From assembly GCA_000934665.2 (NCBI GenBank), contig JYFJ02003133.1, positions 1 through 46,069 on the forward strand: 46,069 nt of DNA, written 5' to 3'. Below are positions 1 through 10,229 of the stretch, one piece after another (within the stretch, counting starts at the first letter, position 1; each line of letters opens with the position of its first letter). Origin of the DNA: Catajapyx aquilonaris (lineage: Eukaryota). The notes below the pieces were generated by a model. It was not told the origin of the DNA and did no database searches. It saw only the letters and a list, made by a program, of their open reading frames with translations. Both the position numbers and the translations under genes were made by a program.

Positions 1-199
1 GGGGTTTGAAGGGTGGCTCGATTTAATGGCGATGTTTAGCTTCCGAATTTGCTTCTCCTTCTAGGCGAAACCACGAACTTATATAACACCCCTCGTAAGA
101 GGAGCATTTTAAGTAGCTGTGGAGGCTCAGCCCAGTAGAGGAAGGCTAACCTTTCCAATGGAGCAACAGATCGTTTTCCCCACTCGCAGAAAATTACAG

Positions 200-646
200 A
201 TCAAAAACCGCCAGCTCCATCACGAAACTAAAGCTGACATGGGAGACAGTACATACTGCGAAGCTCGTACGGATAACGACGGTGCGAATGAGATGCGCAT
301 TTAACAGAACACCTTGCGTAATGTAATGAAACATTGGTATGTAAGCGTGGAATAAACTTAAACATTTACACGGATAAACTTGTGTTTCATGTTTCCCTCA
401 CTCAATTTTGCATCAAAAACCGCCAACTCCAGCTGTTGCAAATCAAAAACCGCCCAGTGACGGAATGGACGGTCCACAGCTCATCGGGTAATGGCGGATG
501 ATTTCATAATAACTTACCAATGGTTGTGTTGCTAGTAAAGGAATCTATAGCCGCTACATTCAGGTGTCTATGTTGACATACGGCGAAAGTGTAGGTTTTT
601 CTCGTTTTTCTCCGTTACGTTTATGACGGAGCTGGCGGTTTTTGAT
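200..646. repeat. Inverted-repeat element remnant (MITE-like)
   Basis: ATCAAAAACCGCCAGCTCCATCA (200-222) matches the reverse complement of 624-646 at 22/23; two more direct ATCAAAAACCGCC copies near 413 and 443. Confidence 0.55.
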
Positions 647-789
647 TTTCAGCACCTCATATCTCAACCCCTCTTATTGTGTGTGGTAAAGTGCGATACA
701 GTCTGCAAAATTTTGACAAAGAAAAATGTTGAATTGGGTACACTTTGTACGCAAGTAAAAATTTGCAGGTTTTTCTTGCATACATGTAC

Positions 790-955
790 GTATGTACTGT
801 ACTATGGGGCTCAAATTGTTTTGGCCACTTTATCCTGGTCTTGAAGCAATGCTTCACACAGACACACTTACTCACCATGGGGCCTGTGCAAAGGGTTGCT
901 TCAAGACCAGGATAAAGTGGCCAAAACAATTGGAGCCCCGTAGTACAGTACATAC
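790..955. mobile_element. Short palindromic MITE (Tc1/mariner-like)
   Basis: About 60-bp near-perfect arms (790-849 / 896-955) around a 46-bp spacer; TA-rich ends. Confidence 0.75.
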
Positions 956-993
956 ATACCGTATGTAATTCCTTATCTGGCAAAGTAAGAACA

Positions 994-1251
994 TAATGGA
1001 TACCCCGTGATAAGCCTCATTGGGCTTTTTAGGGGATCATCTTTTAATTAACCAACTTTAATCAGTGCCTGCGCTGTGATGGATTTTGATAGTGGGAGAA
1101 AATGGGACAACCCCGAGAAAACTCGCGCGAACACGGGGAGAACCCATTGAAACTCTGTCCACATAAGTATCCTCTGTCCGATCCGGGATCGAACTCGGGA
1201 CCTTAGCGGTGGAAGGCTGTGGCGCTAACCACTCGGCCACCGTGTCGCCTC
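994..1251 (-). mobile_element. tRNA-derived SINE family A (V-domain-like), copy 1
   Basis: Pol III A/B boxes on the minus strand (TGGCCGAGTGG, GAGTTCGATCCC); 13-bp TSD CAAAGTAAGAACA at 981-993 and 1252-1264; homologous to 16265-16534. Confidence 0.9.
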
Positions 1252-1317
1252 CAAAGTAAGAACACAAGGACTTTTCTTTGCAGTGGCTGGCTTTTTGAAG
1301 AAGTGTTTACTTGCCTA

Positions 1318-1360
1318 CACTGAACTCCCGATTATCTGGGTGCGGATTATCCGTGCATCT
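1318..1360. mobile_element. Solo end of pogo/Tigger-like MITE
   Basis: TA-CACTGAACTCCCGATTATC...GGATTATCCGTGC resembles the termini of the element at 43190-43474. Confidence 0.45.
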
Positions 1361-1425
1361 CGAAAAAATTAAATTAATAATTACAGTCTGAAATTTTTTT
1401 CCATATGTCTCCCTAGCAAAAAAAT

Positions 1426-1671
1426 GAAGAGTCCAGGGGAAAAAGGGGGAATGTCACACAAAAAATGTTCGTGAGAAATCGAAGAAATTGCTTTATTTCT
1501 TCACGTGTATAAGGAATAATAGGGATATCTTCACGTCATTATATGCAACTGTCCCCCTTGTACCCATGGAAAGCCTCCAGGTATAAGTGGCACCTACGCT
1601 ACTATTGTACTGTGCACTTGGCAGGAACCCCAATGAAATTTGACATTCCCCCCTTTTCCCCTGGACTCTTC
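1426..1671. mobile_element. MITE with 31-bp TIRs and AAAT 4-bp TSD (possibly Sola-type)
   Basis: GAAGAGTCCAGGGGAAAAAGGGGGAATGTCA versus TGACATTCCCCCCTTTTCCCCTGGACTCTTC; AAAT on both flanks. Confidence 0.7.
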
Positions 1672-2189
1672 AAATATAACTGCCTTTTTATAGAAGACAA
1701 ACTAAAACTAACTGATTCAATAATTACAGGATGGATGAGAGGGCAGGACCTACAAAAATGTTATGAGAGTCAATTAATATTGCGTTTCAGTTCTCCACAT
1801 ATCTCAAGCAGACATTTCAGGATTCACGAGTGCAATTTAAAAAAATAATTTAATGTGCTATTTTCAGAAAAAAATGAAATAAAAAATCTGAACCCTATAG
1901 GTCAAGCAATCTTTTGGTTTTTACAAGTGCATGTCCGACCATCTTAAAGCCTGTTAAAAGCCATCAATCCCATGCATAGAATTTAAGACTTGTGTCCATC
2001 ATCTGAAAGTCATGGCCTTAGTCATGGCCCTCCAACTAATGGCGTTTGGAGGAAAAATTAACAAAAATTTGTACCTGTCACATCCTGTAGTTATGCAACC
2101 ATGTGTCACTCCAACAAACCAACCAGTGCCATGTCAACTAGTGCTAATACAACCAACTTGCAAAAAGAAAACCCCACAATCCCTTTATA

Positions 2190-2613
2190 CAGGGTGTATC
2201 TGAACTCAGTGCCCCGACGTTTATGACTGCCTTCCTAGCCACCAGAGGATCGATTTAAGTATAGGAGTCATATGTCTGGGCAGCCTCATTACGGAGATAA
2301 TTGGCCGCAAACATGTAGTACAAAATATCCTGTCGGTTAGGCCACCCATCGAACCCTCCCCCAGTCAGAAGGCTCTGGAAGGTCTGGGGGCGGGACTTTG
2401 TTGGTTTGTTGCCCACAGGTGGTAAGGCCTCTTTGGCTAGTTACACCAGAAAATTCTATTTAAAAGTCAGAAGGAGCGATTAGTCAAAAATCGCTAAAGA
2501 GTGTATCTCAGTAATGAGGCTGCCCAGACATATGACTCCTATACTTAAATCGATCCTCTGGTGGCTAGGAAGGCAGTCATATACGTCGGGGCACTGAGTT
2601 CAGATACACCCTG
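2190..2613. mobile_element. Tc1/mariner-type MITE, young
   Basis: TA-CAGGGTG...CACCCTG-TA; about 110-bp almost perfect TIRs. Confidence 0.9.
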
Positions 2614-3150
2614 TATAAGGATATATGAATGCTTTAAAATAAAAGTGGGTAATTCCATGGGAACCGAGACATATCCAAATATGAAATCGTGTAAGTCATG
2701 TATTGTAGGGTGGTAGATGGCTTATTGAAAGCAGATCATCACGTCATTATGTCAGATGAAGTAGGTGTAGCAACGTTCTGCTACGAGATAGAAGCAGAAC
2801 CATGGAAAAGTCAAGATATAATAGTCGTAACGGATGCAACTTTCCACTGCTTATTGCATCAGTTACGTTAAGCCTAATTTCTCCTGAAAACATGAACATG
2901 AATAGGCGTGGTCTAAAATAATCACAAAATTGCTCCTCAAGTGTAGATTACATATCAGTTGTAACATTACTTCTAAACACATTCAGCTCACAGGGTTTCA
3001 TGCCACTACAGCACCCGTCAAAGAGCTTGTCTTTTTCATGTTGCGTCAGATACATTAGCTTATATAAATATTTTTCAGAGTCCATTCAAGTTGCTGTTGT
3101 GAAATTCTAAAAATATAGGAATAAGCCAGCTGTCAGGAGGCAGCCACATG

Positions 3151-3539
3151 CATGGGCGCCCGCACGTATGGGCAAGGGGGNCCCCCCCCCCCCCCCCCCG
3201 ATAACTAGAAAAGTCCAAAGTCATTGTAATATTTAGTAGGCCACTAGGGACTAGGCCCGGTTTCATAGGAGGATTACACAGTATTCTGTCAGTTACATTC
3301 ACCTAATCTTGTGTGACCTGGAACTAAAAAAATCCTCCTGCGGCAGGCCTCTTCGCACTCTCCTCATTCCTGAGGGGGGGAGGGGGGTGCGTCTCTTCTC
3401 CATCTCCCCGAGTACCAAATCCTCTCAGTACTCCACTGCAAGCAGAGGCCAGAAAAGAGCAATAAAATAAACGCTGACTGGCCGGGACCTTGCCGCAAGG
3501 CTTGCCCCTCCCCTAATAAATTTCCTGCGGGCGCCCATG
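3151..3539. mobile_element. hAT-type MITE
   Basis: TIR CATGGGCGCCCGCA / TGCGGGCGCCCATG; 8-bp TSD GCCACATG / GTCACATG (7/8). Confidence 0.8.
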
Positions 3540-3597
3540 GTCACATGGGAATAATTTTAAATTCCTTTTCCATTAACATTTGCCATTGCAATAAATA

Positions 3598-3982
3598 CGG
3601 GGTGGTCCAACTTCAAGTGTCGTTTTATAACGGCGATTAATAGCAGTGATTTTGCGATGACGCTGCAGCGACGTGTAAAACGGCCCACTTTGGCGCCATC
3701 GAAAATATTAGCTGCCAATAGCAGCACACATATAATCAACCCTGGTGCTGGGTTGACCTGGATAAAGTAGGTGCACACATGACCTTAGATGCGCCTGGGT
3801 GAAATGGGTGATGCCCAAGGCACCAGATGGACCTGTAATGCAAGGGGGAAGCCTGCAAACGAAACACAGCTAATATTTCCGATGGCGCTGAAGTGGGCAT
3901 TTTACACGACGCTGCTACGTCAATCGTTAAGCGCTTCTATTAATAGCTGTTATAAAACGACACTTGAAGTTGGACCACCCTG
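3598..3982. mobile_element. Tc1/mariner-type MITE
   Basis: TA-CGGGGTGGTCCAACTTCAAGTGTCG...CGACACTTGAAGTTGGACCACCCTG-TA; about 120-bp imperfect TIRs. Confidence 0.85.
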
Positions 3983-5012
3983 TATAAGTACAGCATGAAT
4001 CTCTTAATAAAATAATGTTACGTCAGTTACAGTGGAATTACCCAAGTACACTTGACTCGGGATATAAGAACCTTTCAAAGTGGCCTATTGCAAAACATTC
4101 ACGTGGGTGCTCCAAAAAATAATTACAATATGCACGCGGTGCACAGTGCCACACTTACCCTGCGATATGGGGTATGTGCGATTGTGGAATTCTCCCAGAG
4201 TAATAAACATTGTTCGGGTTGCATAGGACTAGTGTCACAAAGACACTAACTTCCTGTCAGTCTCTTTTTCCCAAATTAAAAAATTCCAAGGCGTTTTTAC
4301 AGGACGAACTTTCATTCACTGCTCTGCAGCAGGTTGACTAACAATACTGACATTATCTGATTTAAAAACATTATGTGGATGTGTTTTCACACCAGTGTTC
4401 GAAATTAGACTGTCGCCAGTCGCGGAATATCCATAGGTGACTACAAAAAGCTGTCTTGTCGCCTCTTTTGGCAACCCCTAGCTTTATTCCTCCAATATTG
4501 CATTTCGATCCATATACCCATATTAATTGGATATGCACTTGCCCCTAACCATGCCTAGTTAGGGGCACGTGTGGCCCCTTTAAAAACCAGCCTGATTATG
4601 CCACCAAAACGGAGCAATATCAGTTAGCCTCTCCGTACAGTGCCAGAGCAGTTACACAGCATGAGATTCATGACTCGTCAGATATTCTGCAAAAGATACT
4701 CGTCGGAAAAGTTAAAACGCCACCTTGAGCTTGGCGGCAACTTTGTATTAATGTGACGAAAGGAAGAAGATCGCGCTTTTAGCAGGAAACGGCCGTCGTG
4801 ATCACTTACGTGATTTTTGATAGCTCCTGCCATCTTGTGCTACATATTAGAAGCAATTCCGCACTTACCCCAACTTACCCTATTTACAAGTACGGTACAT
4901 TAAATAAAATTTCCAATGTTGCACATAACTCACGGCTAAACTTGCAGATGAGAGGAGAGCAGTGAATTAAAATGAATTCTTCATTACTTTCAGCATTATG
5001 TGTGTGCTCTAA

Positions 5013-5286
5013 CCAAAGCAGGTTGGCATAGTGGATAAGGCGTCCGACTGCTAATCGTGAGGTCCTGGGTTCGAATCCCGGGGCCGGCAACTCTGACCGT
5101 GGTTTTCTGTGGTTTCCCACGGTCCTTCCAGGAAAATTCCGGAGTTGTTTCCGTAATTAATAGGCCACAGCCGCTTCCTTCCGTCCCTATCCTATCCCAA
5201 AGAGCACAGTAAAATGAAAGCAAAGAGTTCCAGGCAAAACAAACTTCCCCCTTAAAGAGCCGATGGCTGATAACGGGGTATGAATG

Positions 5287-5328
<42 letters not shown>
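5013..5328 (+). mobile_element. tRNA-derived SINE family B with (ATT)n tail
   Basis: A box TGGCATAGTGG, B box GGTTCGAATCCC, long ATT microsatellite tail; 18-bp TSD ATTATGTGTGTGCTCTAA (4995-5012, 5329-5346). Confidence 0.9.
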
Positions 5329-5333
<5 letters not shown>

Positions 5334-5493
5334 GTGTGTGCTCTAAATTTTGCAGAGCATGGTATCCGGTATTCTGGTAAGTAATTATTATACTGTGCAG
5401 TTACTCCAAAACAACCTATTTAATAAAATTGCAATTATCATAAAAATACAGCATTGAAAAGCACAGTAAAGACAATTTAATGAAACTCCACTC

Positions 5494-7047
5494 TTAACCA
5501 TATATGACCTTCATCAGAGCCTTCCGATCAAGGGTCTGCATGCCAATCTCCTTCATGTCAAGTTCTGTCAGAGCAAAAAGAGCATCCATATCTATTTCAT
5601 GCTCCTCAAAGAGTGGGCAGTATTTCTCCAATGACAGCTTCTTCAGCACCTCCTCAACCTCGGGATCACCACCATCTTCAACAACTGGGCTCTCAGCTCG
5701 GGTTTTAGATGGATGACAACAATCCTCATCCTCTTCCTCTTCTCGAAATCGCTTCATCCTAGATCTAGGAACTGAATCTGGACTTGCTCTACTCTCCATT
5801 GCCTGCCTCAGAAGCGCGCGCTTGTCCTCCAGCAAGTCACCAAGTTCATGGACAGAGTCATCATGTGGCAACAGTGGGGGAAGCACTGGTCTAAGGTCAT
5901 CTGATGCTAGGCGACGTGGTAACCATGGAAGGTCGTGAACACAATCATGATGCACTGCTGTCATTGGTATCGGTGATGGCGTTTCCGAAGGATTTGGTGT
6001 CAGTGCCATAGTTTCCTCACTATTATCAATAGTTTGCTTTATTTGTGCACCTCTTTCTGCTAAAACTTTGATCAGGTCAGAATTGGATTCAGGTGAAACT
6101 GCAGCTAAGTCCAGTGCAGTGTATCCATTGTCATCTGTTAAATTTACATCAGCACCTGATTCAAGCAAGAATCGGGCAACTGGCATCTGATTGTGCATTG
6201 TAGCATGCATCAGAGGCGTCCACCCAGTGCCCATCTCACGTTGATTGACATCCCCACCCTGAGTGACCAGACGCCGGCAGGAGTCAACATCACCTTGAAA
6301 GGCTGCACTTACTAAAGTTGAGGAATCTGACATTTTTGAACAAGTTGGGATAACTGGACATGAATTCCGGTTCTTACAGCATTGGTCTAGTATTGACTCA
6401 ACTTCACCATGACCCCGAGCTAATGCAATATCCAAGGCAGTTAATCCCATGGCATTAGTTACTGTTGGGTCGGCTCCACCCTCAACTAGCATTTCAACAA
6501 TGTTACGGTGGCCACCAGCTGCAGCAAGCATCAAAGCTGTCATTCCAGAACTCTCCAAGTGCTCATTTGGATCCTGTGCCAACAGTGTCACTGCCCGTTC
6601 ATGTCCTTGAAGGCAAGCAACTAAGAATGGTGTCATGTACATCCCATTACTTGGCTGTGTGTCAGTCTCACCAAGTATTTGCATAACATGAATGTGGCCA
6701 CCTGCAGCAGCCATCATTGAAGCATCACACCCAAGTCGATTGCGCCAGGTCTTATTGGCTCCATGCTCTAATAAAAGCTTGACCATTTGAGTGTGGCCAT
6801 GCCGTGATGACTGTAACAAGGCAGTCCATCCAAAGCTGTCAGGCTGGTCCACATCAGCTGAGTAGGAAAGCAGAACTTTTGCAACATCAACATGGCCATT
6901 GGCTGCAGCCAGATGGAGGGCAGACACACCATTGTTCTCAGCTGAGTTAGCAGGGACACCATCTCCAAGTAGATTTTCTACTGTCATTAAATCCCCATCC
7001 TCACAGGCCAGGAGAAGAGCAGCACACTCATACTCAACACAGCTCAT
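5494..7047 (-). CDS. ANKS6: Ankyrin repeat and SAM domain protein, ANKS6 (SamCystin/NPHP16)-like; single coding exon
   Basis: 517-aa ORF with tandem ankyrin repeats (SALHLAAANGH, GWTALLQSSRHGH, NRLG, GMTALMLAAAGGH, GWTPLMHAT, NGYTALDL), the motif RLASDDLRPVLPPLLP and a C-terminal SAM (LKKLSLEKYCPLFEEHEIDMDA) resembling ANKS6 as remembered; acceptor GTTTTGTTTGCAG 16 nt upstream of the ATG (exon starts 7063). Confidence 0.88.
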   Translation of the reverse strand: MSCVEYECAALLLACEDGDLMTVENLLGDGVPANSAENNGVSALHLAAANGHVDVAKVLLSYSADVDQPDSFGWTALLQSSRHGHTQMVKLLLEHGANKTWRNRLGCDASMMAAAGGHIHVMQILGETDTQPSNGMYMTPFLVACLQGHERAVTLLAQDPNEHLESSGMTALMLAAAGGHRNIVEMLVEGGADPTVTNAMGLTALDIALARGHGEVESILDQCCKNRNSCPVIPTCSKMSDSSTLVSAAFQGDVDSCRRLVTQGGDVNQREMGTGWTPLMHATMHNQMPVARFLLESGADVNLTDDNGYTALDLAAVSPESNSDLIKVLAERGAQIKQTIDNSEETMALTPNPSETPSPIPMTAVHHDCVHDLPWLPRRLASDDLRPVLPPLLPHDDSVHELGDLLEDKRALLRQAMESRASPDSVPRSRMKRFREEEEDEDCCHPSKTRAESPVVEDGGDPEVEEVLKKLSLEKYCPLFEEHEIDMDALFALTELDMKEIGMQTLDRKALMKVIYG

Positions 7048-7099
7048 AGCAAGCGATTCACACCTGCAAACAAAACATGGTCAGCTGATAATCACATTT

Positions 7100-7348
7100 C
7101 CAGTGATAGGCCTGCTCGGGCCTTTTAGGGTATTATCTTTTAAATGACCAACATTATTGATTGCCTGCACTGCACTGTATGGGTTTTGATAGTGAGAGGA
7201 AACAGAACCTCAAGAAAACCCACCAAAGCATGAAGAGCACCAATCAAAACCCTTTCCACCTGACAATACTATCCATATGACTTGGGAATATCACTTGCCA
7301 CCTCAGAAGTGAAGTTCGTAGAATTAGTCACTACACCATCATGCCCCC
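7100..7348 (-). mobile_element. Degenerate SINE family A copy
   Basis: Colinear but diverged similarity to 994-1251 (GTGATAGGCC...TTTTGATAGTG...AAGAAAACCCAC). Confidence 0.65.
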
Positions 7349-7757
7349 TAAAACATTGCCATGGCTAAGAAGAGTGATTCTTGAACTATTCCGAAACCAT
7401 TGTGCTCTACATCAATTTTGGCTGGAACATGTCCTTAGGGTGTGCAATAGCAATTAATTTATTATTGTAATTGTTTGTTGATGAGTATAAAACATTAATC
7501 TTGATAAATTTCTTTTGCCAATGTTTCAACTAATCTTATAGTCATTTTTAGTGTGACAGTAAACCTTCTCATCACAGATTTATTAATGATCCCATGTAAA
7601 CAAAATGAGAATTAACAGTTTTCCACAGTGAAACTGGCACATTTCACAAATTGACCCATCAGTGACATACACCCATGGCATAAAATAAAGTAGTGGTTTC
7701 AATTTTGTATACAGTGGTGCCTGTGCATCCTTGTTCTGTAAAAAAAATATCACAAAC

Positions 7758-7846
7758 CTTAGTGTATCCACTGGAGTGATGAGATGACAATGACGACAAA
7801 ACTACTCGCGCAGCTCCCAAGAGGCTTCTTCTCCATTCAAACCAAC
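7758..7846 (-). other. Predicted 5' UTR exon of the ANKS6-like gene, containing a 25-aa uORF
   Basis: Acceptor TTTTTCATGTTCTTTCACCCAG|G and donor AAG|GTTTGT; ATG 7836 to TAA 7759. Confidence 0.55.
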
Positions 7847-8027
7847 CTGGGTGAAAGAACATGAAAAATATTGGTACTGTTTGAGAAGTAGAATCTGTGT
7901 AGCTGCTTTCAAAGCATATACAGAGTGATTCACATATCAGGGTCGTTCTTAGTTATCGCTAATATTACCCAAAGTAGTTATTTTTATGTAGTTTGTTGTG
8001 CCCTGATCCAAGATACCCAACTATTCC

Positions 8028-8466
8028 CAGGTGTTCGAATGTGGCACCTGCATTGGGGGTGCAACAAGCTTAAAAAAACAGCACAGCTTCAGGCAAAATT
8101 TCCTATGAGAGGTAGACTGGGGTCAGTGGAACCCATGGGCAAAAATCATGCTGAAAAAGTATCCTGACTGTCATCGCCCAGAAAACATTGTAAAAGACTC
8201 GGGTGCAGCCAATACATTGTGGGACAAGTGAAACCCAATGTACCTGACGTAAATTTTCAACCAGGAAAAGATGTCATTGAAAAGTTACGATTTTTTTACT
8301 TAAGTAGGACTCTTAGGCAGCAAGGTTACAGCTACCACCATGGTTGCCTCCAATAGGACAAAGAGTTGAGGTTATTAGGGGAGCTTAAACCCAAACTACT
8401 GATATTTTTGTGTTCCACTTACCCTGATCTACCTTAACTAATGTGACCACATAATTGGAACACCTG
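8028..8466. mobile_element. Old Tc1/mariner-like MITE
   Basis: CAGGTGTTCGAAT ... ATTGGAACACCTG-TA short TIRs. Confidence 0.4.
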
Positions 8467-8592
8467 TATACTCCATGAGTACTCGATCAAGGGTGCCAAG
8501 TGGCCTATTGCTCCATCAAATTATCGACTATGTCAATGCACACCCCCCACATCCTGTCTGCTCCTCAGATATTAATGCCAATTAATGTCCAT

Positions 8593-9995
8593 CAGGGCCG
8601 GATCTAGGGGGGGGCAAACGGGGGCACCTGCCCCGGGCGGCAAGTCTTGTCCCTGGAAATGAACTTGTCACATGCCACATTGCACTGTTCTGTGTGCAGC
8701 GCCGGATTTACCCCCCCGGCCGCCCTTAGGCACGTGGGATACGCCCCCCCCNNNNNNNCCCCCCCCGGCCTGACGCTTAAAAAGGCAAATTTTTAAATTG
8801 TGTTCTCTCCTTCATTTAATGTTATTTTATTTTAAAATATTATATTGAAAGTTATGGCCGACCAGGGGCGGCCGCCCTTCGGCAATGACCTTTTCTGCCT
8901 CTAGTGGTAAATCAAGCTCTCAAAAAATCGATTTTATTTGTGATCTCGCCTTAATTTCGTAATTGTATTTGAGAAATATTATTTATTGCAACTCACGGCC
9001 TACAGGGCCCAGAGGGCGGCCGCCCTTCGGCAATTACCTTTTCTGCCTGTAGCTTGGCAAATCAAGCTCTCAAACAATCAATTTTCTTAGTGATCTCGCC
9101 TTAATTTCCTATTGTACTTGAGAAATATATTTATTGCAACTCGCTGCCGCCCCTAGGCCAGTGCCTACTGTGCCTAATGGGAAATCCACCGCTGTTGTGT
9201 TCTTTTCCGTTTTGTGGTCGCGACCCCAAAGGGGTCGCGAGGAAGGTTAACTACGTAGTTATTTGTGCAGATTGATTCTATCTCCCTTGAAAATTTGCCC
9301 GTAAACGAGATGTGTTAATTTAGCGATTATTGTAATTAACTACCACCAAAGGAAAGGGGTATAGGGTTGAATTGGAAGTGGTGGTCGCGAATTTTACGCA
9401 TCTATCCGAAAAAGATTGGGAAGCACGGCTCTGTAACGATCGAAAACCCGCTAATGTACGTTGACAACACTGGAATTGTTTGTGAACTTGTAACGACAAA
9501 ACTACAGCCACCTAAGCAGAACTCCTTTCAAGTGCAATATGCACTTCTGAAATAGTTATTGACCTTCTTGTCCTGCAGAATGCTTTCATGCTAACCCTTC
9601 TCCTGTGTATTGTCCGGGACAATGACAAGACGTGCGTTCATTACGAAAATATCTGCAAACAGTATATTATTTGGACTGGTAGTCAAAACTGTAGTGTATC
9701 TTAGGGACTCTTTCCCAGAAATGCAAAACAACGCTGAAGATGATATTTCTCTCTGGCAGAAAGAAATTTAGCATCCTCAGCTTGTGTGGCCTTGAACACA
9801 CAAAAATTTTCGCCTGCGGCGGGCTTCCTCGCCTACCAGCTCCCCCCAAATGAACATTTTGCATGCGCCACTGCCTGAAGTGCCGAAGATCCATGTCAGA
9901 AAAATGAAACCAAACTTTCAAACCGCGGGGGTGGGGGTGGGGGGCGGCAGGAAAGGTTTCTGCCCCCCCTCCGAAATTTCGTAGATCCGGCACTG
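8593..9995. mobile_element. Non-autonomous hAT element (1.4 kb, composite)
   Basis: TIR CAGGGCCGGATCTA / TAGATCCGGCACTG; perfect 8-bp TSD ATGTCCAT (8585-8592, 9996-10003). Confidence 0.88.
8697..9194. mobile_element. hAT-like MITE nested in 8593-9995, with an internal tandem duplication
   Basis: Termini CAGCGCCGGATTT / AAATCCACCGCTG; two diverged direct repeats of about 130-145 bp at 8865-8993 and 9013-9142; TSD not clean. Confidence 0.6.
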
Positions 9996-10128
9996 ATGTC
10001 CATTGTCAAAAGTAGCTACACTCACAGATAAGGCCAATATTGTGTCAATAAAAATAACGAAAAAACATCAGATTACGCAAATATATTCATAATACATAAG
10101 TGAATATTTTTCCTTAATTTGTACTCAC

Positions 10129-10186
10129 ACAACCAGGCCTGTCAATCACAATTTGTATGCATCATTGCACTGGGAACCATTACTTT
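10129..10186 (-). other. Possible additional 5' UTR exon of the ANKS6-like gene
   Basis: Acceptor GCTTTCCAG| and donor TGT|GTGAGT on the minus strand. Confidence 0.4.
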
Positions 10187-10229
10187 CTGGAAAGCACCAA
10201 GGTGGTTTTACCATACGGTAGAATGTCAC

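Noticed and set aside
5018..5090. tRNA gene (also at 16265, 20362, 25189 and the minus-strand equivalents)
   Set aside because: A/B boxes are present but followed by SINE bodies, simple-repeat tails and TSDs; these are SINE heads
5494..7047. ANKS3 as the identity of the ankyrin-SAM gene
   Set aside because: Repeat number, terminal SAM position and the LKKLSLEKY and VLPPLLP motifs fit ANKS6 better
8744..8766. Poly-C/G runs containing N (also 3181, 10593, 24380)
   Set aside because: Assembly uncertainty in homopolymers; not interpretable
9511..9555. hAT dimerisation-domain remnant (SEVHIALERSS, minus strand)
   Set aside because: Too short, and needs an assumed deletion to fit
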